A stretch of 64,000 nucleotides of DNA. It comes from Octopus bimaculoides. Lineage: Eukaryota. Within the stretch, counting starts at the first letter, position 1, and each line of letters opens with the position of its first letter. The position numbers and the translations under genes were made by a program. Location: positions 3,120,634 through 3,184,633 of the forward strand of contig NC_068990.1 of NCBI RefSeq assembly GCF_001194135.2. The letters run 5' to 3'. Positions 51,471 through 64,000 of this stretch are shown in pieces. The notes beneath the pieces were generated by a model, which saw nothing but the letters and a program-made list of their open reading frames with translations, ran no database searches and was not told where the DNA came from.

Positions 51471-53683
51471 AGAATTGTGGTTGTATTTGTTCAACTCCCG
51501 TTTAACTTTGATTGAAAAGATCTACAGTCATAGTTCATGCCTGAGATTCAACCTATCTCTTCGTGAGTGCTCTTGGCTATATTATTCGATTATCTCTTCC
51601 TTCTTTTCAAGAGTTTAGAGTATTTTCTCGGGAGAATTTGGCTGCTATTTTTGATATGTCGATTGCATCACGTAGGGGTTCAACTAGAGTATTTCTATCA
51701 GAAATTTAGAGGATTATCACTCACAAAAATCTGTGATTTTATAACAATTTTGAATGATAAAAATACAAAAGGATTTTTTTTCCGCTTTTCTCTCAAAAGA
51801 AACACACTCACACTTATACACGCACACTGCATGAGCCATCCCACACACACAAATTTACATTCAGACAAACACACACACACATTTAGAGACACACACAAAT
51901 ATGTATGGACGGACACATAAATGCATATATATTTTTCTCTCTGCTGAAGTTGGAATTTGAACAAAAAGACTGTAGAAGCTGTGAGTATTTGATAGAAACT
52001 TTGATATATGCGCGGTCTGATGAAGTGAAAATTGAAGTGGACAGATATCTAGTAGGTTTGTGAAAATCGGATATGAAAAGGTTCGTATCATCGGAGGAGT
52101 GTTAAACAAGTTGAGAAGAGGTGATCAATTTATTTACATCTGCGTTGAACGGAACTGTGGTGAACGAAGACGAAGAAAGGATTACTCAGTATATTTAGTG
52201 AAGTTGAGGCGAAATCGTTAGCATGACAAACAAAGTGCCTAGTGGTATTTCTTCCAACTTACATTCTGAGTTCAAATGCTGCTAACATCGACTTTATCAT
52301 TCAACCTTTCATAGTCGATACGATAAGTAGAATTTTAGTTTTCTGATCACTGTAAGAGGCATCTATCTCCTCAACATTGCTGCTCTTGAGTCTATAGGAG
52401 AAACAATTATTTAGTGAAGTTCGTCCATTTGGTAAGTACTTACGCCGAGAGAAGTGAATATTAAAGAATCTAGATTGATACCTTCTCTAAAAAGCTTTTT
52501 TTTTTTTTTTTCAAAATCTTTCTCCCGATGCTGCTGGTTATTTTGAATTATTCATTTATTCTTTTATGAATGACTTCTGCCACAGAGAAAAAGTACTCAT
52601 TATTATTTATGGGATAATATCTTATTGTGTATAACCACTCTCGTGAGAGTGTTGGGCAAAATACCTTACAGACTTTTTCCGACGCTTGATGATATGGGTT
52701 CAAATTTTGTCCAAGTTAATTTTCCTTTTTCCACTTCGGTGTTAATAAAATAAAGGATTCAAATATTGAGTCGAAGCTGTGGACTGATACAAATGCCAGA
52801 CTTTTCGAGAAAGATATTACGATTGTAACGAATATACTTAGTATCTTAGACAGGTCTGCCAAAAGAGGTATTTCTGTAGGATGGATTAACACTGATTGGC
52901 CGAGTTTGAATATGGCATGTTTCAGAAAGGAGTTGAAATTCAACTGTAGATTTGAGAGAGTTTCCTTCAGTTTCTACCGACTGATTCTACGTTGCAGCTC
53001 GATTAGCTTAAAAAAAGCAGCTACGTTTCCTTCAAATCACACTACCAGCTTATGAACGAAAATACACGCTGATGTACATGAGATAATAATGGCTTAAATG
53101 TGCTTAATTAGGGGTATGCTTAATCAGCGCTCACACTAACAACAGCCAATTATAGTGCGATACTTTATCACACGACGCTCTGGAAATATGAAACAAAATT
53201 ACTCCAGAGTCCATTATCATCAGCAAATATATTCATGGCTGAAATACATTTGATAAGTCCGTTTCATCAGAACTGACTGAGGGAAAATCAACAACTAACT
53301 TACAAATTAGTTCTGAGATCTGTTAGAAATAGCAGTTAAATCTCACTCTGACCATCTCCTCATGTCTTGAAAAAGGAAAGACACCGCTGTCGGATAATGT
53401 TGACCTTTATATACAAAACACATAATGGTTTTGAATAGACAGATTTAACCAACAACAAACTTTTAAACGTGTGCAGCTACAGCGATACTTTTGTTCCCTC
53501 TTATTGGTTCACTGTCACAGTTGTGAAAGTGTGAATGTAATCAGTTTAATCAACTCCGCTACTGGGGCTGATTAAATCATTTCATCGACCCTCGAGTGTT
53601 GAATAACAAATTTCGCTTTGGATGATTTCGTGCTCGGAAGGCATAAAGACGAAACGAGACGTTTGTATATGAGAACTACTATC

Positions 53684-53792
<109 letters not shown>

Positions 53793-55499
53793 ATATGTAT
53801 ATATATATATATATATATATGGTACGGAAAGAATTGATTTCATTCCTAAATGAAGCACAGTATCGAATATATCGAAGGAATGAGTAGTAAAGTCGGCTGA
53901 ATGGATACAATGTCATTGCAATAATACTGATTTTGTCGAACTTAGGAAGATTCTATGGCTGAACATACAATAGCGTAACTCGATACTGCAATTAATTTCA
54001 TCCGCGTTTTATCGCTTTTGCACCTCAATTAGAATACTCGATGGGAAAAACTATTCAAAGAGCATGTTTTGTATAATCTCCATCGTGTCGGTGAATACTG
54101 AGTCACTTATTTGATTATGCGATATTTCTGGCAAAAACATACCAATAATTTTCCTTCTGTTATTTCAATTTTTTTACTCATTCATTTATTTATATATTTA
54201 TTTATTTATTTCGCCATCAGTTACATTGTATCGATGCGCATCACTTTTGGTAACAAATCATAAGAGGCTGAAAGAGATCAACGATTACAATAAGGCCAGT
54301 GGACATCATTTCAGATCACTAGCACTGTTAATTGTAATAGGGAAAGAATAACATAAGAAAAATATATCTCCAGGAAAAAGTGGGGTGGGAAATACGCTTT
54401 GAATCTTCTCAACCTAAAATAGAAAGGCATTTGTAAAAGCAGGTAAAAATAATCTGTAAGAAATGATAACAGAAAAATAATTCTGTGAAAAGGGAAGGTT
54501 TGAGAAAAGAAATACTAATCATTTTAATTTAAAGAATGAAGAGATTTTAATGAAATGTTTCACAAGAAAAATAAAAAAGGCAGAACAAACACACAAAGCG
54601 CACGCTTACACACACAGATTAGAAACTGGAAGTCAATCGCTATTCGATGATTAAGTATCCTTCGAAACTTTGACAACACGACGCTTCCAAACCCTTTTTA
54701 CCAACAATTCAGAGATTACGTAAGTTCCATTATTTGTCACATAAAATAAATTACGTTTGGCATTGAATTTGATATTGATTTTTTTTCCGCTTTTCTTTTT
54801 TTTTTTTTTTTTTTTTTTTTGGTAGCAGAGGTAACAGATTTATTAGTTGAGGAGTTTCGATAATTGAATAGATCGCAATATACGGATAGCAATTATGGTG
54901 TCATTCTCGTGAGTAATGAAGGTCAAAGAAAACTCTGGCGTTCTTTGAATTCGCTACGACGTGTTCGTCGTGGTGGAGATAAGAAAGTAAATAAATACTA
55001 AGAGCAAGGTCAATTTCTATTGTGCCATATTCCAGCGCGAAAGCCTCCAGCACTATTATTTCTTTTCAAATATTGTCAACGAAAGAATACAAAGTAAAGT
55101 GAAAATTACTTCAAAAGTGATCTACCAACATGAGAACGAAACGGCATGCTGTAATACAGTTGAAAAACTGCGAAACACATACTTGAGCTGAATCACAATC
55201 TGATGATTGAAGAAATACTCGACTACGATAAGAAATAACAACATAAAACCTTATTTTGTTTATATATTTAGTTTAGAAGATTCTTTCTGTGAAATCGTGT
55301 GTTGAAAGAAATTTTGTGGTGTCTTGGGAGAGTTTGCGTAAGTCATTATGCCAATATTAATAACGCACGCACAGATTAGGTAGTATAATAAGTGAAGATG
55401 CTAGTGAAACCCATCCTAGTTAGCGCGGAATACATTGTACAGAGCTGCAACATAGTATAAGGTTGATAAATAGCAAGAGGTGAAGTCTGTAAAAACCAT

Positions 55500-55800
55500 G
55501 GGGGCTTAGCGAGTAGGTCTACGAAGGCTCTGATGGACAACAAACTCAGCATTAAGATCGTTCAGAAAACAGAGAGATCCCTCAGAGCACAATTATATAA
55601 GACGTACCCCTTGGCAATACCACATGTACCTTTAACCCCAGTATTAATTGTAAGTTCAGGTAAGTAGACTCCAGCATAAAGTATATGAAGGGGTATTGCA
55701 AGGACAGGAATACAGTACACATTGGGGAGACCTCTAGGAGTTTAGCAGAGAGGCTAAATAAAAAACAAACTGGTGGGTGTACGACAGAAAACAGTCGTCC
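55500..55800 (+). mobile_element. Penelope-like element remnant (Neptune-like linker plus GIY-YIG N-terminus)
   Basis: IKIVQKTERSLRAQLYKTYP / CTFNPSINC...KYMKGYCKDRNTVHIGETSRSLAERL matches IKVVE..G.SL...L.RS.PF, a Cys-rich linker and Y...C..C...YIGETSRS..ER. Confidence 0.7.
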
Positions 55801-56179
55801 ATACTCTGTCAGCATGCCAGAGGTGAGCATAGCGGCACATTACGCCGAATCGGCATCCGTATTTTATACTGAACAGGAAATATACGTAGCAAGTAGTAGT
55901 ACTTCTTGGCCACTATTGCCGCCCACACATAATCATACATAGGCGCCTCCGTGTGGAGAGACAGGTAGGTAGGTAGGTAGGTATGTATGTAAGTACGTAT
56001 GAATGTATGTATGAATGGACACGCGTAGAGGGTAGAGAATAGGATTAAATGACAGTAGAATGCAGGTAGGCTCATAAAATTATACACGTAAATTAGTACA
56101 CATCCATTTTGTAAAATCAATACAAATATACGCGTAATTTTGTTTCGTATCCATACAGATCCATGAACACCTATAGACG

Positions 56180-57079
56180 CACATGCACACTCACACACAC
56201 ACACTCATACGCACATACACCACACATACATACATATGCAGACAGGCATACGTAAGAATACGCACGCACACATCACGCAAACACACGCAACCACACACAG
56301 ACAGATGCAGGCGTACGCACATAGACACATATACACGCAGAAGCACACGCGCAAACATGTACACACACGGACGTAGAAACGCACACACACATACACACAG
56401 ATGATTGCATATTAAAAAAGTACACCTCCAGATACACACGAATTGGAATACACTCAAATACGAAACCACTTATACGTTCATGCACACAAACATACATACG
56501 CAAAAATCAGACACGCACTACAACGCACGCACGCAAGCATACACACACCAATTAAAAAGAAAGAAAAAGCCAGGAACGCATGCATGCTAAGATACACACA
56601 AATAAGAAAACACTCGGGGGTTCACACACACACACATTCACACACAAACACACACACACACACACACACACACATACGAACATGCCGAACTGATTCAAAC
56701 TCAGGAACTCATGCACACATACACACGCACGCAAATACTCACAAACACACGCGCTCACAAGCACACACACACACACACACACACTGTGTTCTCTCCTCCA
56801 GTTCCCTTCCCTCTCTCCACATTAAAGGACTGCACTCTTAACCCATAAATCTTCAGTAGACACGAGAATGGCTGAAATCGAAAAAGACAAAGGACTGACC
56901 CCTTAAAGGGGTCACGGATTGCTAGTGACACACACCTACAAAGACAAACAAACAAGTAGTCACACGGATGTACACACAACGACACATACATGAGCGCGTA
57001 TGCGCACGTACACACGCGCACGCATACACACAAAACGCTTCTTTCACTCCCACCCTTACCTTCTCTTCTAAACAAATAG

Positions 57080-57116
<37 letters not shown>

Positions 57117-57180
57117 TGCACACACACATACACACACACGCACACACAAACACACACATACAAACATCCATACACAAAGA
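56180..57180. repeat. Approximately 1-kb degenerate (CA)n tract, largely purine-pyrimidine alternating
   Basis: Seen directly; source of the many spurious VCVC/HTHT ORFs. Confidence 0.85.
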
Positions 57181-57989
57181 CAGAAAGCCAATTCTTAGAC
57201 GTCTCAAAAGAGACGAAAGCAGTCCTTGCAGCCAGCAGAAAATCACGGGTCATTGAAAAGGTTGCAAACAGTAACGAAAGAACTTTGACGAACAAAGAAC
57301 CGATTGTTTGCTTAACCAACACGTAAACCAAACGATCGATTAGTTTGTTGGTTAGATATTTAACAATATTTAAATAATAAAAATGAAGTGGGATTGAACC
57401 GGTGCGTATGTTATCATTATTGGCGTAATGACGTAAAACCTATGACGTTAACAAATACATTCTACATTCCCAAAACGAACAGAGGATGTTTCACCCATAC
57501 CCGTGAGGATGGCGTCATCATAATGTGGTATTTATAACATCGTGCTGTTTATGCTATCACATTTTGCTTTCATCCGTCTCCCTTTTCTTGCGGTTTCCGG
57601 TCATTTGTCCCATTTTCTGCCCTCAAGATGTTGAATTGACAATGCGGCTTATAGCTTATCACCGGTCCTATTCTGGTGCTCATGACCTCAACAGATATTG
57701 CTTTGGATGTACCTGTAGCTGTTCTTGGTGGAGTTCTGAAAACCTTCAGCAGAGGTTTTAGACAATCGGATTAAAAGACGAGCGGTATTTGTTTTCGACC
57801 CCCTGTGCTCTGAGTTGAAATATCAAGTTGTCCGTAAAGTTCTCAGCAGTTTTCAGATTTGTGTCTTTGAGCCCTTCATGCAACAATTCTAATCTTAGTA
57901 TAATTCATACTTCAGAATTGCTTGCAATATTGAAGCCTGTCACCTAAGTTCCACGTTAAAATTCAGCATATATTTTACTCCTTTCAGCC

Positions 57990-58660
57990 TTAATTACCAT
58001 TTGAATAAAACTGCATTGGCCAGTATTCCATCTGTCATATACTTCTGAAACACAATGAAAATAAATCTTTCCTGGAGCAACAGGTAACTGAAGCAACCTG
58101 TAACTGAAGCAACCTGTAGCTGAAGCAACCTGTAACTGAAGCAACCTGTAACTGAAGTAACCTGTAACTGAAGCAACCTGTAACTGGAGATGTCTACGAT
58201 AATATATGGAGAAAAATATCTGGAGTTTGGGTGAGGATCCTCCAAAACAGCTTCCAATGCTGAATATCCAGATCTTCCAAAGTAGCTTCCAAAGCAGAAT
58301 ATTCATTCAAAAACAGTTATGCTTTGAGTGTCGTGGGATTTCAAAGACCTTATTTACTATGAGCTATTCCCACAAAATTCTGATGTGTACTTCCATCAGC
58401 AAATTTCGATTTAAAAAAATCAAGGAATTGAGGCCAGCGCTCTCCAACAGGAAAGGGGTACTGTTTCATCAGGACACTTCTCGACCACATGTGTCTTTGG
58501 TTACCCGCAAGAATTACATACACTTATGTAGAATCTTTTGCCCCATCCACCATACCTCATGACACTGCGCCATCTGGCAGGCGTTTGTTCTTGTTTCTGC
58601 AGAACACTCTAAAAGGAAAATCATTTAAGGATTTAGATCTGAAAACCAATTTAGCTTCTT
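57990..58660 (+). mobile_element. Mariner (DD34D-type) transposase catalytic-domain remnant
   Basis: ICHILLKHNENKSFLEQ...VTGD, KTVMLSV.WDFKDLIYYEL-like stretch, RPALSNRKGVLFHQDTSRPHVS, PHPPY..DTAPS...LF..LQNTLKGKSF; several frameshifts. Confidence 0.85.
58084..58186. repeat. 16-bp minisatellite (GTAACTGAAGCAACCT) x6 plus a partial unit
   Basis: Units start at 58084, 58100, 58116, 58132, 58148 and 58164, with 2 single-base variants. Confidence 0.95.
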
Positions 58661-58809
58661 TGCATTGAAGTATTTATATGTCTCTAAGTTTTTATATGTC
58701 TGGGTTTGGTGTTATTTTCTTATTTCGTTTTCTTTATCTAGCGTGATATTGATACTCTTAACTTGTTTTCCTACAACTTATAATGCTTTAACTGCACTAA
58801 TATTGCAGA

Positions 58810-59410
58810 GAATGGTCAAACAGCTGAAGGAAAACAACTTGTTTAAAAAAAGTAAAAGAGATACTACAAAAACACATATGGCTGTAACGACCAGTTATTA
58901 ATCAATCAAGCCATAACTGAATGCAGCCGGAAGAAAAAGAAGGGTCTAAGCATGGCTTGGATCGAACATCGAGAGGATTTTGACACTATTCCCCACGCAT
59001 GGATCTTGGAAACACTAGCCGTTAACAGCGAAGATAAAGTTCCTCCTAGATTCGACGTCACAGGCTTTGGCGACGGTGTTGCCTTAGAGGGCGGTGACAC
59101 CCCTCTCAATGTTAAACGCAACGGTGGTGTTTTCGTATGGGACCACTGTAGAGATCTTGCTGCAGATAGAAGCAGATTAATTAGAAAGGATCCCAGATAA
59201 TCTCCAGTTGAGTGGAGCTGCTCTTGCAGTTGGAGGCAGAAGACCAATATACCATTTGTGTGGTGCAAGGCATTAAACATCATTCGTTGATGATACTACA
59301 AAGTAGGAAGTGAAGTGATGCACCACATGAGGAAGCTCAGCAAAGCAGGAGATTAGCAAATTACACTGCAAATAAAAAGCCAGAACGCAACAAGAAGTCA
59401 CTACAGTAGC
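58810..59410 (+). mobile_element. Dong-like RT fragment interrupted by an unassigned GC-rich segment
   Basis: KNTYGCNDQLLINQAITECSRKKKKGLSMAWIEHREDFDTIPHAWILETL (RT AWIDY.KAFD.VPH motif) to about 59027; Dong-like sequence may resume near 59300. Confidence 0.7.
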
Positions 59411-60704
59411 TTCCTCCAGAAAAGTCGCAAATCAAGAAGAATAGCTAATGCAATAAATACCAGCAATAAATAAGGGAATGGCGGAGATTCAGATGACATA
59501 TATTCACTGCGTTCTTTTCAAATGTTACTTTGTTTCCATCTTGTCAAAAGAAATCGATATTATACTTTACTTCTTTCAGTAAATATGTAGCATATTATCA
59601 GTGTATATATTTTTAAAAGGTCAACATATTGAAAGGCGATTGATACATTGCTGCAGATTTCAGGTTTTGCTTAATTGTGCTTTAGTGAAAATATTCTAGT
59701 AATAAATCATTGTAGTCATTGATTATCTTCACTTGCTTTTCTTTCCTTTCAGAGATGAGCCATAAAATATTGAAACATAATCTTATATAAATACGATGCA
59801 TGCTTATGTTCATTCATGCACCATCTAATTAGTATATTTTAGTGTAACCGCGAAATTGGTCCCATTACACAGTGAAAAATGTTAAACGACTTTAATACTC
59901 AATAACGGTAATAAAACTGCCCCAACAATCTGTATATAATACCTCTTCAGACTTTTTTATTATCATAAATCATTGATAAAACTCTATACTATACATTAAA
60001 ATCGTCCCTGTTTATAGCTACTAAATAATAAAACTGAAGGAAAACGGAGGATCGAAAACATTTACCGAATTGATATGTTTTCCAAACCGTGGATGGTTTG
60101 AAGGAGATCATCAAATCCTGCGTTTAGTTCAAAAGGTATGGAATAATTCACATGTTCTGGGAAAGGAAGGACTCAAAAGATTGGCTCCAGCGAGGAAAAA
60201 TATTTTTGTTTTTTGAAATATTTATTATTTCTTTTTCATTTAGCTGGTTTTACTTTACATCACATACAGACATGCACACACACAAAAACACATATATACA
60301 TACATGTGTGTGCGCTTGTGTGTATAAGTGTATGTGTGTGTGGTATGTCTCTAGATAGTATTATGGGGAAAACGAATAAATAAAGAAGTATAAATCACAA
60401 GACATCAGTAATGTACATAATTCTTCATCTCTTAAATATAGAACTGTATGACCAGCATATATCACAACCATTAGGATCATCCGTTAGTAAAACTTTCTCC
60501 CTATATGTTGTATAAATGAATATGTCATAATCTGGTCCGTTGCCAATTGTTTGGCTATCTTTTTCTTCTATTAAACATGTACTTAGACCCCTTTGTACGA
60601 AAGCTAGCAAATGTATACGGCAACAAAGACAAAAAAAAAACAAACAAAAAAACGGAGAACATGGTACAGAATACAAAGAACAGGCATCTTTATATATATG
60701 TGTG

Positions 60705-60762
<58 letters not shown>

Positions 60763-61877
60763 NNNNNNNNNNNNNNNNNNNNNNNNNNNNNNNNNNNNNN
60801 NNNNNNNNNNNNNNNNNNNNNNNNNNNNNNNNNNNNNNNNNNNNNNNNNNNNNNNNNNNNNNNNNNNNNNNNNNNNNNNNNNNNNNNNNNNNNNNNNNNN
60901 NNNNNNNNNNNNNNNNNNNNNNNNNNNNNNNNNNNNNNNNNNNNNNNNNNNNNNNNNNNNNNNNNNNNNNNNNNNNNNNNNNNNNNNNNNNNNNNNNNNN
61001 NNNNNNNNNNNNNNNNNNNNNNNNNNNNNNNNNNNNNNNNNNNNNNNNNNNNNNNNNNNNNNNNNNNNNNNNNNNNNNNNNNNNNNNNNNNNNNNNNNNN
61101 NNNNNNNNNNNNNNNNNNNNNNNNNNNNNNNNNNNNNNNNNNNNNNNNNNNNNNNNNNNNNNNNNNNNNNNNNNNNNNNNNNNNNNNNNNNNNNNNNNNN
61201 NNNNNNNNNNNNNNNNNNNNNNNNNNNNNNNNNNNNNNNNNNNNNNNNNNNNNNNNNNNNNNATATATATATATATATACATACATGTAGATATAGGGTA
61301 ATTACCTTTTACATTACCGAAATCCATTTTATTCACCTCATCACCCCCCAAGGTGACAATGTGTGACGATGATAACTTTGGTAATATTTCCTTATGAAGT
61401 AGTAATCGTCAAAAGCGCGAATAGATAACGTAATAAAGATAGTACGTTCCTCTATTCTGTTCTGCCAACGTGCCGCCACTTACATGGAATAACTTATTGA
61501 TTCTATACATTAACTGATATGTTATGCCTTTGTAGTTAAATTTTAACTGAAGATACGTTTTAATAAATATAACGTGACATCGCGTTTGTTCATTAACTTC
61601 TATTCATAGTTGCAGCTAAAATGGAATTATTCCTAAATTCATATTAAAAGTGAAGGTCGAGTCTTGACTATGTTTACTTCTAAGATGTATAATGTTATCC
61701 GTTTACAATACAGATAGAGCAGCAAAGTATATGATGATTTTGATATACGCTTTTCTTTTTCTTTTTCTGAAACAAACATATGAATAAGAATATAAAAGCT
61801 TCGTCTTAACCCTTTTCCACATAACATTTAAATGTACAATCTCCACGACGAATTAAATTACGTTATCACGACTAAGA

Positions 61878-62095
61878 TTTAAGGTGGCGAGATGCTACAA
61901 TTGTTTGAATAGCAGGAAATTACATTGTAACGCTTCTTCGTTATTCCCTGAGTTCAAATCCAGCCGAGGTCAACTTTGTCTTTTATCACTACGGTTCCAT
62001 AAAAGAGACACGATTAATTAAATAGTTGATCTTTGATAACATCTAAACCTTACAGTCAAATCTGACGGTTTTGTGCTTTAGTTAAAATGAATTAT
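61878..62095 (+). mobile_element. Old family C SINE
   Basis: TAAGGTGGCGAG...TGAGTTCAAATCCAGCCGAGGTCAACTTTGTCTTTTATC...TTTTGTGCTTTAGTTAAAA, tail type 2-like. Confidence 0.6.
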
Positions 62096-62986
62096 ACGTA
62101 ATCCTTAAGGCAGTGAATTGGCATAATGGCTAGAACGATGGCAAACGTTTCAAATACCCACGGCGTTAATTTTGCTGGTAATCGCAAACTTCCACTGTGA
62201 AATGCCATGTGCCAAGAGTTTCAAATATGTTATCATTGATCATGTTTATATTTTATAATTCAGAGATTGATAAAGTACTTTATTACCAGTAATATACTTC
62301 AGTGGATGCAATGGGCTTTATTAATTTACGTCTATATTTCAGAAATTCATTATTAAAAATAAGACTAGTCGAAAGTTGGTGGTGTTGGATAAACGTTAGG
62401 GTAACAAAATTAATATGAAACAGAATATAAATTAAATTTTCTGTGGTCAAACTTTGTATTTTTTCATTGTGACACGATAAAGTAATTTCAAAACATAGTG
62501 TCTCACATTGTATCGGCGTACCGTATAAATTGGTTGACTTTTCCAAATGAATAAAAACATCGTTATGGCGACAAGGTTCCTAGGCAACGATTTTCAGGTA
62601 CCACAATATTGAAATAGTTTCCCTATTAGTTTATTCACACAAAATATACTCCCCAACGTCATCATTGAATATCGACAAAATATTCTTTGCTACAGTTAGC
62701 TATATAGACTTGTGAGTGCCGGGGGAAAAAATAAATGTTAATCATAGATACTGCAAAATGTCATATACTCGCCTTCAAATATTATCAATTCAACTATCGA
62801 TCTGACAGCTTCTTAACTGGGTAAGAGAGCACATATGAGCTCGTCACTTTATAAAGAGATCCCGTAGAGGGCCTGCACTGTGTAGGCTGGAATGATGCAT
62901 GCCGTTGTAGGTCCGCTAATATACCTGAAAAGTTTCTAATAGAAATAAATTACTCAAATACAATTCTTTTTAAATATTGTGACATA

Positions 62987-63031
<45 letters not shown>

Positions 63032-64000
63032 NNNNNNNNNNNNNNNNNNNNNNNNNNNNNNNNNNNNNNNNNNNNNNNNNNNNNNNNNNNNNNATATATA
63101 TATATATATATACAATGAATATATGGAACGCTGAAAAATATTTTAATAGATACAGTTATGGAGAACTGAAATCTAAGACCGATATCCGATTTCAAAAAAA
63201 TGAGCTTGAAAAAAACATTTTTCTTTATTAGTATGGGCTAGGTAGTAATGCGGCTATAGGTTCATACAGAATATGTTCGTAGTTTGCTTTTATAAACAGC
63301 ATATATTTATATTGCGTATAGTATCAACAAAGTTTATTTTACTTGGTTAAAATCCGTTATATTTATTCATTTCAATTTTGAACTGAATTGCAACAAATTT
63401 AGCTGAGTGAATTCCAAAATATTCGTTTTTAAATTTTTTAAGTCACTCTTAGGAGAAACACTTTCATTTGCCAAGTTATGTAATCTTTTTCCAAGCTGTT
63501 TCTTTTTATATTTTATATATTTTTTTATTTTTTATAGAAGCAATTATTAGGACTGGTAATTCTGTGAACATCGTCAATGGATAAGCTCCAGGCAACGCCT
63601 CTTTTCTTCATTTCCGATTCCATACACATTTTTCTTTTTCAGTTACGCCCTACTTGCATATTTTCCTTCTATTCAAATATTCTTGTCTCAAATCCGTATT
63701 TATGGCTGTGGTTGTAATGCTGCTGCATTAGGTTTTTGAGAAACTATTTATTATTTCTAATGTCTAGCCTCTAGAAACATTTACCACTCAAATCTACACA
63801 CGATAAGTTGAGGGAAATCGAATTAACTTCATAATTACGAAATGCGTTTTTTTTTATTTGTAAGAAAGGAAAGTATCTATTTTCATCCTTAGGGAAGGTC
63901 GCGCCTGTAACATTTTACAAGGCAGTCGAGGAGGTGGAATGTATCCTCCAACCTGTGACCCGGCCTGAGTGTTCGCTACAGTACAAACCCCGATAAATGC

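Noticed and set aside
57420-57520. Cluster of TGACGT/TGGCGTCA CRE-like half sites
   Set aside because: Short motifs with no promoter context; within chance expectation.

Overview
AT-rich, microsatellite-dense eukaryotic DNA with eight N gaps (294-428, 4528-4627, 29918-30328, 31482-31742, 38637-38646, 48332-48974, 60763-61262, 63032-63093). The repeat landscape looks cephalopod (Octopus-like); this is an inference from the SINE sequences and microsatellite style, not a database result. I cannot support any host protein-coding gene, tRNA, rRNA or CRISPR array, so the window is most likely intergenic or a very large intron. Nearly all ORFs in the track are microsatellite or gap artefacts. The recognisable protein remnants all belong to transposable elements: R4/Dong-type RLE retrotransposons (a same-strand cluster at 29.6-35.2 kb, partly separated by (AAT)n), three kinds of Penelope-like remnant, a CR1/L2-type RT fragment, a CCHC ORF1-only LINE derivative, DD37D (maT) and DD34D mariner remnants, a Helitron helicase C-terminus, and at least three tRNA-derived SINE families (labelled A, B, C here). 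The best leads are: (1) an ORF1-only LINE derivative inserted into a SINE head with a 34-bp duplication, whose 3' end matches the tail of a sister SINE; (2) a 362-bp terminally redundant unit carrying a decayed hammerhead-ribozyme fold; (3) (AAT)n-associated stacking of Dong-like elements; (4) a 298-bp spacer-less palindrome. I found no convincing new multi-gene system; any novelty here lies in mobile-element biology.
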